From: Octopus bimaculoides
Lineage: Eukaryota
Assembly (NCBI RefSeq): GCF_001194135.2
Contig: NC_068996.1
Location: 52,642,154 to 52,700,123, forward strand
DNA length: 57,970 bases
Direction of reading: 5' to 3'
Shown here: piece by piece, positions 35,560 to 47,427 of the stretch
How the letters are laid out: every line of letters starts with the position of its first letter
How positions within the stretch are numbered: the stretch's first letter is position 1
Notes under the pieces: model-generated
Database searches by the model: none
What the model saw: only the letters and a program-made list of their open reading frames with translations
What the model was told of the DNA's origin: nothing
Position numbers and translations under genes: made by a program

Positions 35560-38340
35560 CAGACATCGACTGCAGTACTGTGAGCTGGAGAGTGTTATGC
35601 TATTGAGAAAAGATGTCAACGCTGAGTTTAAGATTTTGCCCAAGATGTTAGTGGAAAAGCTGGTGCTTTTGATTGGTGTTCTGGTGAAGAAGCACAAATA
35701 CACATGATCCCAACTAGGTCCATCCACAACAACCTCACCCATATGCAATACATTATAGAGAAGTTTGGGGGCAAAGCTGGCTTTGGCAAGGACCTGATCG
35801 ATTTGGATTAGTTGAAAGCTTTTCATTGGGGTTGACCATGGTTACTTATAGGTCATCTTGAAAATAGTTGGGTTCAGACATGTTTTTCGATGCTTGGTCA
35901 CAGTAATGCACAGTAGCCACCTCTTAGAACCGTTTTACATTGCATACTCAGTCTGACTGGACCTTTCTGTCCCTTGAGAGCTGGATCATGAGCCCCTGCT
36001 GTTGTAAAATTTTGAACATTTTAGGGATATTCCTATGGAGTTAGGAACCAAGAGGGCCATGTCAGCGTATGGTGAGATGTGACCCTATGATGTTGGAAGA
36101 GTATGATGGTTGCAGGAGTAAAATTCAATGCAGCCAAGTTGGTGGGGGGGTTCAAATCGGCACCTGAGAGGTCAGCAGACAACTTCATGGGATACTGGAT
36201 TAATGGACCAATTAATGCTCAGGATTTGGTTAACAGGAACTGCAACATGTTAAAGAATGGGGTAGTCAATGACATCCAGAAATCGGCTGATAGGAAGCTG
36301 TTTTTGAAAATTAAGCATAGATGGTAGATTCCTACATCGTTTCCATTATTTTCCACAATTTGACCATTGTGCTTTATTCCAATCACCACCTGTTATTCAG
36401 TTTCTTTTGGAAAGAATACATTCTATCATCAGGTGGAGCATCTGCTGCCAGCACTTCCTGCATAGCAGCTTAGGCATGATCTGGCTGTTTGATATGCAGA
36501 TTTGAACTGAGGTTCTGCTACCCGCAAGTATTCCTACATGCTGAATGGATGAGTTGATCAGCGTTCATGGGGCATGTCTTTCTGGAACTTGTTTCCTTGA
36601 TGAGTGAAGTTAGAACTGAGATTGGGATGTCTGAAATCTTGAAAAAGCAACTGGATAGGTGGATGTTCCACTCTAAAGATTTCTAGAGGATTAGTGATGG
36701 AGAAGAGAAGCAATGACCTGGGGGATTCTATGGGTTTCAATGAAAATGAACTGGCTACAAGAAGTGTTCTATAAAGATTTTCCCTGACCCACTTCCCAAA
36801 GACTGGGATAAACGAAACTTGGCATAATTATTAGTCCTTCTCTACATAATTACCACAAATGGCGACACACTTCTCATCGCTTTATGCAGCTGTGAAGACC
36901 TCATCTCTAGAAGTCGGTAGCCAAGACTTTACCTCAGAAATAAGTTCATCATCTTCTGAAAAATACTTCCCCTTCAAAAAAAGACTTCATGGTTGGAAAG
37001 GGGTGGAAGTCAGATGATGTGAGGTCAGGAGAGTAAGGGGGATGAGGAAGGATTTCATAGCTGCAGGAGTGTGCTTTCATCTGGGCAATATGCACATTGT
37101 GAACTGGGGCATTGTCTCGGACGAGGCAGACTCCTTTCATCAGCATGCCACACTTCTCTGCTTTGATGGCATCCTGCAATTTCTGCAGCTGAGAAGCATA
37201 ATATGCCCCATTAATTGTGGTGCCCTTTACCAGAAAATCCATCATTACTACTACTGGTCCTTGCCTGTTAAGGGTTGGACAAAGCCTTCTTTGGAGGTGG
37301 TGAGTTATCATGTTTCCTTTGCTTTAATGCAGTGATGGACCCATGTTTCATCTTCTGAGATAAATCAGCCAAAAAAAGTCCTCCTCATTTTCTTGGCACA
37401 TTGTTAAAAGAACCTAGGAGCAATTGACTCGTTCCTGCTTCTGAAAAGTTGTGAGCAATCCATTATGCAGACAACTTCCACATGTGCAAATGGTCATGAA
37501 TGATTTTTTTCCATGGACCCTACACTTATCTTCACTTCTTGGACTTGTTTCCGAATAGTTATGTGGTGATCCTCTAAAATGGCGACTTCCATTTTATGGA
37601 TGGTGTTGTCATCAATGGTGGAATGTGATAATTAAGGAATAGGAGAAGTTTCTTTCGATATCCAACTACATTTGAACTGGTAATGCCAGTGTTTGACTAC
37701 ATCGTATGGCAAACAAATACTAGAGGAAAACTGCAATTTACAATGTGACATGTAAGGATGTGTACGATTATACCTGTACAAGTTCTGTTTCATGCAAAAA
37801 CCAGAAGTGGAAAGGGGAAATCTTTAATGAACACCCCTCGTAGTCTGTTCTGGAAAACTTTTTTTATTAGGGTTTGTTCTGAATAACTTCCAGTTGTTCT
37901 TGACTTGGTGGTGCTACCAAGGGGCTCTACTACCTTGGGATAAGCCCTAGCTCTGCCTAAGATGTGCTTGAAGTGACTAAACTATTCTCTTCACACTCAT
38001 TCAGTGTCTAGGTATTGTTGACTTAGGCAGTCATATCAAACAGCTTGTGGGATGGATATGGTTATCAGCCAAATCCATCTTTATGATTGCTCCACTACCT
38101 TTAATCAGTTTTCCTTTTTGCTGGAGGCTATAATAAAAACAAAAAAAAAAAAAAAAAAAAAAAAAAAAGGTTTTGTGGTCGACAAGGTTGAAATGTCCCA
38201 GGACAGAGACATACTTCTTTGATAGAGCCTCCAATGACTTTTTTTTCAAGTTTAACTTGGAAGGTGAGGTTGGAGAAAATGGTGCTGCTGTTGATTGAAT
38301 TTATTGAAAGGTGAGTGGGAATAGCAAAAATAACAAGAGT
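35560..38340 (+). mobile_element. Decayed L1/Tx1-type LINE ORF2, interrupted by a mariner at 36758-37840
   Basis: VNAEFKILPKML, LIDLD*LKAF..VDHGYL, SAYG.. (degenerate YADD), and WWCYQGAL after the mariner. The frame N-E-L-A-S-L-F-W-K-T is restored on removing the mariner and one TA. Confidence 0.75.
36758..37840 (-). mobile_element. Mariner (DD34D-type) element, both ends present, coding-dead
   Basis: TIRs CAAGAAGTGTTCTATAAAGATTTTCCCT versus (rc) CGAGGGGTGTTCATTAAAGATTTCCCCT. TA at 36756-57 and 37841-42. Motifs EDETWVH, RDNAPVH and HPPYSPDLTSSDFH. Confidence 0.92.
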
Positions 38341-38975
38341 GGATGGGACTGCTCTAAGTATAAACCTGTAAGCTGGAGAATGACACTTGGAGAAGGCATA
38401 TGCTCATTCATGGTGTACAGGTTAGTCACAGATTTGTGAATTCTTCATCTGGTCCTAGATGGAGGAGGGCCTCCTGTATCAGCAGGCTTGCAACATCATC
38501 TTTCATTATTTGTATACCATTGTATTTCATGTTTTTTTTTACCCTCATTTAATTTTTCTAAGTAATTCCCTACACTTCATGTAGAAATTTGTGATCGTTG
38601 CCCTCAAACTTTACCTTGGAAATTATTTTATGATTATTATATGTTTGGATTTTGCTTTGTGTTTATACAAATAATTCCATGTCTTAACCAGAGACTTCAA
38701 GAGACAACAAGTTAGAAGTTCAAGTCGGTATTATGACTAAGGTGGCTGATAATTGCCATGTTTTTAGATTTGTACAAAGTATTGTTCTAGAGAATGTCTG
38801 CCAAAAAAATAAGAAAATCAAAATTTGTTTTAAAAGTAATTTGATGATAAGATGATAGTGTAAGCTTAAGATTACAGTAAAAGGTGTTTGCTATTACATA
38901 CATTTAAAAGTAATTTTATTATGTTTGTAGATTAAAACGTTTATGGAATTACCTATTGTTGTTTTTGTCGTTGTT

Positions 38976-38982
38976 GTTGTTG

Positions 38983-39035
<53 letters not shown>

Positions 39036-39155
39036 GTTCAGTAGTTTTATTTTTATAACGTGCTTTCACTTCACTACCGAGCGCAGCTCTGTGTGTCTTG
39101 GGTATGTGCTGTAGTTTGCTGTGGTGCTCTTATTATTATTATTATTATTATTACT
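38976..39155. repeat. (GTT)n(ATT)n tracts just upstream of SLC5 exon 3
   Basis: Direct reading. Confidence 0.9.
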
Positions 39156-39177
39156 GTTGTTCTCTCTTGGCTATTAG

Positions 39178-39282
39178 GTAGGGGCTTCACTTTTTGCAAG
39201 TAATATTGGAAGTGGACATTTCGTTGGACTTGCTGGCTCTGGAGCGGCAACAGGGATAGGAATTGCTGCATTTGAATTAAAC
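39178..39282 (+). CDS. SLC5A: SLC5 exon 3: [35 protein letters not shown]
   Basis: TAG acceptor, GTAAGT donor at 39283, 105 nt. Hallmark [19 protein letters not shown] motif. Confidence 0.97.
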
Positions 39283-39759
39283 GTAAGTATCACAACATTT
39301 ATCGATGAGAGCTAAGAATAAAGGCAATTTCCTTGCTAAGTAACTGAAGAAACAATGTCTTTATTTCTTCAATTCCTTAGCTGTAAATCTGGCTAATTAC
39401 ATGAATGTAACAATCTTCACTCACATCTTCCTAAAATCAACAGATCATTCATTGACAGGTCTACAGGTCTACCTAGTATGTGAAGTAGATAAATGTTTGT
39501 ACAACATTATATTGCATCTGGTACACACACACACATATATATTTAAAGAAAAAAATTTTTAAATTATAAACTATTTTTAAAATTATGTAAAAAAAAATGT
39601 CACAAACTTCAGGGAAGTTTTCATATAGTGTGTATTTTGTGTGTAAGTGCTTTCATTGCTCAACTTTTCAAAGTTGTTTGGTGTTTATGGTGTATCATCT
39701 TTTTATACAGTTCAGTGTAAAATTCCTCTCATAATTTCCATTATGTTCGCAATTAAGGC

Positions 39760-40700
39760 CCTAATCAGCAAAAACTTGCCGCCCTTCCAGTACCAACCAT
39801 TTAGTAATATTTTTTGCAATCAAAGTGGAATTTGTGAAATTTCTGTATTCTCATCTATATTCTCTGCTTACTCTTGTTCTAAAAAGTATCAGTTGCTCAT
39901 TAGATAAACTTTCTCTATGGAATGTTAACAACTCACCTGCAAGAAATCCTATGATTTGTCTGAAAGCTTTTCTCAGATGCCTTGAATTTAGCAATCACAC
40001 CTTGATCCATTGACTAGAGTAAAGAAGTTGCATTGCTGGTAATTTACTCTAATCTCTTGACAATATATTCTACTCTCACTCGACACAGAAAGCTCATTTA
40101 AGTTCACTGAATGGCTTGTTGCACTGTCAAAGAGGAGCTATGCATTGTTGGAAACATCATGCTTGACATTGTATCTTTCTATTGTAGGACAAAAAAGAAA
40201 AAACGTTTGTAATCCACATTTCAAAAAAGGCTCTTAGTCATCCATTCCTTCTTATTTGAATCCAAAATCAGAAGCAAACTAAACTTTGCATAAACAAGTG
40301 GAATTCCCTCTAGAAGAATCATTAGATGATTTTTGGAAGCTTTAGATTCTGGAGTGATTTTTTCTCAAGAAATAAAGATTCTAGCAAGTATGTGCCTCTA
40401 GAAAAGAGCAGTTCCATCAATATTGAATATTTGCTTTGGGATGCAGCCCCCATTCAGCAATAATTTTTTACTGCCACTCAGAATAATTAGTAGTAGCCTC
40501 TCGGTCTGCACTGGCAGCACTGCCTGTCGTTTTCATGTTGTGCAAATTCAAGCATTTCTTAAACATTTCAAACCATTCATTAGAAATGTTACCTTCCTTT
40601 TGTTTTTCTGCAATTCACCATACAAAACTTTGCACAATGCATCAAGTCTGATCATCAGTCCATAGATTCAAAAGCCATCTTATTTAACGCATCACATCAG
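39760..40700 (-). mobile_element. Decayed pogo/Tigger-type transposase
   Basis: Minus-strand fragments KQIFNIDGT, SNKKEWMTKSLFEMW, LLFDSATSH and MDQGVIAKFKA. Confidence 0.8.
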
Positions 40701-41504
40701 ATCTATGAAAAAATAAGTTCCAAGCAGTTAATGAAGTAACTTCTAGAACACTTGACTTAATTTTCTCTCTGTCGTAATGTTTTGTTCCTTCTACTGATGT
40801 TGCAAGGTTAAATGTTTTGGCAATGCGGCTGATTTGTATCTCCTGCATTTAGTTTAATATCTAGTGTTGGAACCCTCATCAGTTGGAACCCTCATCGTCA
40901 TAACCAACGGAGTGCCAGAGAGAGATTAGAAATGCAATGAAAGAGTGAAGTGAGGTAGAAGAAGTATTGTGTGATTGTAGTTAGTTGAAGGATTACCAGG
41001 TTTATGACCACTTCACCCTTGGTTCCTTTGACTTGAGTCATAAAAACTCTACAACTACTCTCACACACATGACGCTCTGTTGTTTTGACATACAACATAT
41101 GTAACTACAGACATTGCTATAATGCTGGTATTATTATTATTGTTACTAGTTACTTATTCAAAAGTTGGTGGGTTGGTACCATTCGTCTTATTGGTTTTGG
41201 CATTGGTGATGAAGGTGGTCATATTATTATTATAAGTTGTATTGTTGTTTTTTAGTCTTAAGAAACCCTAACCCTTTTCGACCTAAATTCAAAGACATTT
41301 CATCTTTTAGAATATACTAGGGTACCACATTATCCCATGGGGTTTTTAAAATTATTATTCTAGATGGAGTTGCTACTCTTGTTCATACTGTTGTTGTTGT
41401 TGTTGTTCATTAAAGAGTTGGTGGGCTAAAAATAGCAGTGGTTGTATTGGTTGAGTTGGTGCTGATGTTAGGTTTTTTTTTAGTGGTGAAGGTTGATTTA
41501 CACA

Positions 41505-41990
41505 GATGGGTAAATGGAAGGGTGGATAGATGGATGGATGGATGGATGGATGGATGGATGGATGGATGGGTGGGTGGGTGGATGGATGGATGGGTGGATG
41601 GATGAATGGGTGGATGGATGGGTGGGTGGGTGGATGGATGGATGGATGGATGGATGGATAAATGGGTGGAAAAATGGATGGATGGATGGATGGGTGGGTG
41701 GATTGATGGATGGATGGATGGATGGATGGACGGTCAGGTGAACGAGTGGACAGATGGATGGAGAGAGGTACAGATAGACAGATAGGTGGATGGGAGGTTG
41801 GATGGGTGGTTGAATGGCTGAACAGAGGGATGGATGGATGGACAAGTGGGTGGTGGAGGGACAGGTGTGGGTGTACGGGTAGATGGATGAATGGATGGAT
41901 TGATGGGTAGGTGGGTGTGTGATTAAGTGTGTGTGGGTAGGTGGGTTGATGGATGGATGGACAGACAGACAGATGGATGGATGGACAGAC
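41505..41990. repeat. (TGGA/TGGG)n purine-rich satellite
   Basis: Direct reading. Confidence 0.9.
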
Positions 41991-42124
41991 AGTGATAAAA
42001 AGACTGACACTCATTGGACCAAAAGAAATATTTGAAAATATTCAATGTGAAAAATTCCACTTCCCACTCCATAATGCTTATAGTGATGCATACACATCAC
42101 ACATGCATGCACACACGCACACAT

Positions 42125-42170
<46 letters not shown>

Positions 42171-42654
42171 ACACACACACACACACACTCATCCACCCCT
42201 ACTCACACATGTATCTATGTATCATGATTATAATTGTCCAAATTGTTAACTATTTTGATCTTACCTAAAACTCCTTCAGGCTGAAAAGAAAATTTGTTTT
42301 TTAAATTCTTTAAATTTATCTGAGTTTCCATAATGGTGAAATGGCAGACCATATCTCATAATTTGCAGTTATACTTTACAATTTTCATATGTATGAAATC
42401 CTGTTAACTGAGGAAGCCATAACAGTAGGGGTGGAGGGAATGCTTATAATTATAAAATGTGCTCCTCATGCATAAAAATGTTGTGTCGTAAATTAAAATT
42501 AAATTTTGTAACTAATTATGAGTGAAACAGCTGTTCAATATCAGAGAGGTTGTGTGACAAAATTGACGTGAACCACCCTACCCTTTTGCCTGAGAAATAT
42601 ATCCAAGAAATGACACAGAAGAAGGCCATGTATTTGGATATACTGTAAAGAGGC

Positions 42655-42880
42655 AAGTGAAGGCCGATGGGTCAGTGGTTAGGTTGTTGGACTTGTGATC
42701 AGAAGATTATGACTTTGATACCTTGACCAGGTGATGTGTTGTGTTGTTGAGCAAAAAACTTAATTTCACATTGTTCCTGTTCTCTCAGCCGGTAAAAACA
42801 AGGAATCCTGTGATGGACCAGCATCCCATTCAGGAAGGAATATATACATCAGAGAAACTGGGAAACCAGTTCTATGTTCC
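42655..42880 (+). mobile_element. Diverged tRNA-derived SINE (second family)
   Basis: GGTCAGTGGTTAGG head and central gtgttgtgttgttgagcaa motif shared with 45719-46040. Confidence 0.55.
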
Positions 42881-43399
42881 TTATGGCATAATGTAGATTA
42901 ACCAACCATTAAATGGTAAAGGTTTTCAGTTGTCCTCAAAACTAGTTAGATGAGACTCTGTCTAATATTTGGGTAAAGATTTCTCCTACACAACAATGGC
43001 CTTAAAAATGAGGTACTCAAGTCTGAATTGAAGTGACAACATAGTTAAGACACTGTGGTGTTGGTTTACATATGCAAGTGAAAGAAAGAGTGAGAGAAAG
43101 AGAGAGTATTTATGTATCCGTATGTATGCATTTGACAGTTTCATTTTTCTACTGAAAAGTTATATTTTTATTATATGTATAAAAATTTACATTGCAAGTA
43201 TAAAGGTGTGTATCAAACCGAAAAAAGATAAATGACAACAGACGTTTTATTATATCTTGTACAAACATGAAGGAAAGGAAGTTTAATGAACCATTATTGA
43301 ACTTGTATATACACCATTGCGTCAGTGAAACCAATTAAGACTTTGTAGGGTTGGGTATATGAGTAAGAGAAGGAAAGTGTGAGAGAAAGAGAGAGTGAG

Positions 43400-44297
43400 A
43401 GAAAGAGAGAGTAAGCATTTACTCCAAGAAGTAAGGTGGAGAGGAGGTTCTGCTAGGTTCCTCACAGGCAAAGAACACAGGTACAAGATTTTCTGGGCAG
43501 AGAACACTGACAGGGTTGGGGGTGTGGGTATACTTCTTGCAGAGAAATGGGTTGATAAGGTAATCGAGGTAGTTAGAATATGCGACAGAATACTTAAGAT
43601 TAGATTAGTGCTTCATCATGGGTTAGCAACCATTATCTCGGCCTATGCCCCTCAGCCAGGGCTACCCGATGGACAAAAAGACCGATTTTATGACACCCTC
43701 TTGCAGACTACCTTGTTGACAAATGACAGGGACCTTCTCTTTGTAGCTGGTAACTTCAATGGACATGTTGGACAACATGCAGGGGGCTTCCATGGCATAC
43801 ATGGGGGCTCTGGTTTTGGTCCCAGCAATGAGGAGGGAACCAGACTGCTGGAGTTCTGCAATGCAAATGATCTTATGGTTCGCAATACCAACTTCAGGAA
43901 ACTTGCCAGTCACCTAGTCACTTACCGTTCTAGCAGACACAATAGCCAAATTGACTACATCCTCACCAGAAAAAGGGAAAGAAGGATGCTTATAAATGCC
44001 AAAACCTTCCCAGGTGAAGAATGTACCCTACAATATAGACCAGTAGTTAGCGACTTCAGGATGAGGGCTAAATGGATGCCCAGAAGACGACCAGCATGGA
44101 GGAGAAGGGTCTGGAAACTTAAAGATCCTGCGAATGGACAGAGATTTAGAGACATATTACATGAAGCTTTTGACGAAAAAGAGGAGGATATAGCATCATA
44201 TCATGTGGAGGACAACTGGAGGTTTCTATGGGACAATCTGCTGAGGGCCACTGACCAGATCTGTGGATGGTGCAAAGTTCCCTCTCGACCCAAAATA
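43400..44297 (+). mobile_element. RTE-clade LINE 5' fragment: AP-endonuclease domain, frame still open
   Basis: QEVRWRG, GGVGILL, ISAYAPQ, VAGNFNGHVG (catalytic GDFN changed to GNFN), SQIDYILTRK. Confidence 0.92.
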
Positions 44298-44299
44298 AT

Positions 44300-44665
44300 C
44301 TATAGGTCCTAACTGATTAAGTCATTTTTTCTTGTCGATTAGTATTCTTATATCACATCGACAGTCAGATCTTTTTATTTGTTTCTCATAAGACATACAG
44401 GTGCATATATCAAGCATTTCTTTGAACTCCTCTAATTCCTTATCAAAACTATCTCCTCTTTGTTTGATAGGTATTTTGTTTAATTTATAAGTATTTTCAA
44501 TCAATCTCTCAATTTTTAGAGCTATTCCCTCAAACCCAGTATAAGGAAAAGAAAATTTGCTCCATATTGTTTGCACAACTGCAGCAACAATCCGGTAGCA
44601 TTGTTTCACTGTGGGTGAAATTTTTGATATCTGTTCTTCATGTTTTCTTATGTTAGAATACATTG
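44300..44665 (-). mobile_element. Possible N-terminal fragment of a DNA transposase (hAT/hATm-like)
   Basis: IWSKFSFP...KIERL...LDICTC...CRC...LID resembles the IW.KASIP...FDIC.C..C.C N-terminus I associate with hATm-type proteins. From memory, not searched. Confidence 0.35.
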
Positions 44666-45273
44666 GCCTTTGATAGGGTCATTGCTGTGGGAAATACAGT
44701 AGGAAATGCTGAATTATGGCTTTTAATTCTAGTTGCCATTATATAATTTTATATACTTAAATGATTACAGTTTAAATTTATGCAGGTATTTTTGTAAAAT
44801 TATAATACAATTTAGCTCTGAAATAATCTGAGAAACAAAAGAAAATCATTTAATAAATGTATAGATTTCCTAAAAAACAAATCATTTAACACATATTGAA
44901 AAGTTGTAATTTTACCATGTTGGTGGGGTACCTACCAATTTGTCTTATATCTCAATGTTTTTGCTATCTGTACTCAAGAACACACATGGAAACAAAAAGT
45001 GTCAGTGAAGACGTTACAGATATGTGATGAAAGATTTCCAGGCAATGGACAGGTGTTAAACTAATAAAATAACAGTAATAAACATGTGAATAAAAAATAT
45101 ATATATATAGTGCATGTGCTTATTTGGTAAAAAAAATAAATAAATAAATAAAATGACCATCTTGAAATACAATATAAAAGTTTAAAAATTTTGTTCGGTT
45201 TTTGTAATTGTGAAATTTTTTCACCATGAACAGTTTGTGTTTTTAAACCGAATGTATTTTTTCTGATGTTATA

Positions 45274-45356
45274 TTTATTCCTGACGATGTGTAAAGAAAT
45301 TTTAATTTATTAAGTCTCTTAATGAATTCTTTATACTGAAATATATATTGAAGAAG
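45274..45356 (+). ncRNA. Hammerhead-like motif with long stem II
   Basis: CUGACGA at 45281-87; 10-bp stem GUGUAAAGAA/UUCUUUAUAC; GAA at 45338-40; palindromic AUAUAUAU; AUU triplet; stem I UUC/GAA. U.U instead of G-C at the base of stem II. Confidence 0.5.
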
Positions 45357-45718
45357 ATAAATATGTTCATTTGAATATATACGATTTTGCGTTGTAACTC
45401 CTTTATTATTATTAATATAANNNNNNNNNNNNNNNNNNNNNNNNNNNNNNNNNNNNNNNNNNNNNNNNNNNNNNNNNNNNNNNNNNNNNNNNNNNNNNNN
45501 NNNNNNNNNNNNNNNNNNNNNNNNNNNNNNNNNNNNNNNNNNNNNNNNNNNNNNNNNNNNNNNNNNNNNNNNNNNNNNNNNNNNNNNNNNNNNNNNNNNN
45601 NNNNNNNNNNNNNNNNNNNNNNNNNNNNNNNNNNNNNNNNNNNNNNNNNNNNNNNNNNNNNNNNNNNNNNNNNNNNNNNNNNNNNNNNNNNNNTATATAT
45701 ATATATATATATATATAT

Positions 45719-46040
45719 CGCATGGCTCAGCAGTTAGAGCATCAGGCTCACAATAATGAGGCAGTGAGTTTGATTCCAGGACAGGGCTGTGTGTTGTGTT
45801 CTTGAGCAAGACACTTTATTTCGTGTTGCTCCAGTTCACTCAGCTGTAGGAATGAGTTCCAACGTCACTGGTGCCAAGCTGCATCGGCCTTTGCCTTTCC
45901 CTTGGATAACATTGGTGGCGTGAAGAGGAGAGGAGAGGCTGGTATGCATGGGTGATTGTTGGTCTTCCATAAACAACCTTGCCTGAACTTGTGCCTCAGA
46001 AGGCATCTTTCCAGATGCAATGCCATAGTCACTCATAACC
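45719..46040 (+). mobile_element. tRNA-derived SINE (second family)
   Basis: TGGCTCAGCAGTTAG A box, GTTTGATTCC B box, central tgtgttcttgagcaagacacttt motif. Confidence 0.75.
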
Positions 46041-46291
46041 GAAAGGGGTCTTTACCCTATGGGGAGATGGTGACAGCGTAAAAGGAAGGTGGTGATGGGA
46101 AACTGTGTAGATGGTGATAATAGTAATAATAATACTGTTGGTAGGATTAATGTTGTTGTTGGTTGTGGTGGTGGTTTTACCTGTTTAGTAAGGGGTGGGG
46201 TTGATGAAAAGAAAAATCATGAGATTATAATAATGTTGTTGATAATGTTGGCTTATTTGTTTTTTTTCTTCTTTGTATTTATTTCTTCCAG

Positions 46292-46351
46292 GCAATATTC
46301 ATTCTCATACTGTTGGCATGGGTGTTTGTACCAGTTTACATTTCTGCCGGG
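46292..46351 (+). CDS. SLC5A: SLC5 exon 4: AIFILILLAWVFVPVYISAG
   Basis: Pyrimidine tract plus CCAG acceptor, GTAAGT donor at 46352, 60 nt. W.FVP.Y...G motif. Confidence 0.95.
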
Positions 46352-46639
46352 GTAAGTTTCCAATTTCTTAAGCAATACTTCTAAATGAACCATTTGTTAT
46401 CTATTGTAACAATTTTTAAATAAAAATATTAGAAAATATATTTTTATTCTGAGAAATTATATATGACCCTTAACTATTACCATAGCTGTATCGGCCAGTG
46501 ATTTTGGATAATGACCTAGAAAACCCACCCCTCCCCAGTAAAAGTAATACTTTTACAAACAGTTCTAATCATGTTAGTTGTTTAATAGACAGTGCATCAA
46601 TATTAATATTTTTTTTGTCTTGCAAGGTACTTGGTGACC

Positions 46640-46842
46640 CTGTCAGTGTAGGTACCATTTAAAAAGAACTAAGTCCACTCTGCTGAGTGGTTGGTGTTAG
46701 GAAGGGCATCCAGCCATAAAAACCCTGCCAAAACAGACACAGAAGTCTGGTGCAGGCTTCTGCCTGGCCAACTCTTGTTAAACCATCCCACCTATGCCGG
46801 CATGGAACACGGACGTTAAATGATGATGATGATGATGATGAT
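46640..46842 (+). mobile_element. RTE-type LINE tail
   Basis: Shared tail ending in (GAT)n. Similar short tails at 47830-48080, 54010-54190 and 56245-56470, and on the minus strand at 48208-48385. Confidence 0.8.
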
Positions 46843-47142
46843 ATAAATATATATGTATAATCATATGTACAAGTGTGCTGAGAAATTAACAAACTAATTT
46901 TCAGAATGATTCATGGTAGTTCATTACCAACATTCTTACCTGAGAAAGCGAACTGATTCAATATATTATTGCACAAGCAATAGATGTACTCTGCAGGTTA
47001 CCATGTATGAATGATTTGCATTAAGGAAGGAGTGGCCATAGACACATGTGTATATGTATATGCATATGTATGTATGTACATTATTTATATTATTTACATT
47101 ATTTACATTTGATGGATATTTGTCCTTATCTTGTTTGTTGTT

Positions 47143-47188
47143 AACACAACGTTTCGACTGATATACTCTCCAGCCTTCATCAGGTATC
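47143..47188 (-). ncRNA. Minimal type I hammerhead ribozyme (Penelope-type), predicted cleavage after GUU
   Basis: Minus strand: GAUAC-CUGAUGA-A-GGCUG(gagaguauau)CAGUC-GAA-ACGU-U-GUGUU. Stems I and II pair fully with G.U wobbles; stem III is palindromic. Confidence 0.7.
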
Positions 47189-47239
47189 TTGGGGGAAATT
47201 TCAAACCTGGGTTCTCATTCCTAAGGTATTTTTCGATGT

Positions 47240-47270
47240 TATTGCTGTTATTATTATTATTATTATTATA

Positions 47271-47317
<47 letters not shown>

Positions 47318-47343
47318 CATTATTATTATCATTATTATTATTA

Positions 47344-47414
<71 letters not shown>

Positions 47415-47427
47415 GGTATTGTTATTA
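47240..47427. repeat. (TTA)n microsatellite adjacent to the hammerhead-bearing repeat
   Basis: Direct reading. Runs into an N gap. Confidence 0.95.

Noticed and set aside
35325-35606. ORF extension past exon 2 (and similar read-through past exons 1, 5 and 6)
   Set aside because: SLC5 homology stops exactly at the GT donors. The extensions are intronic.
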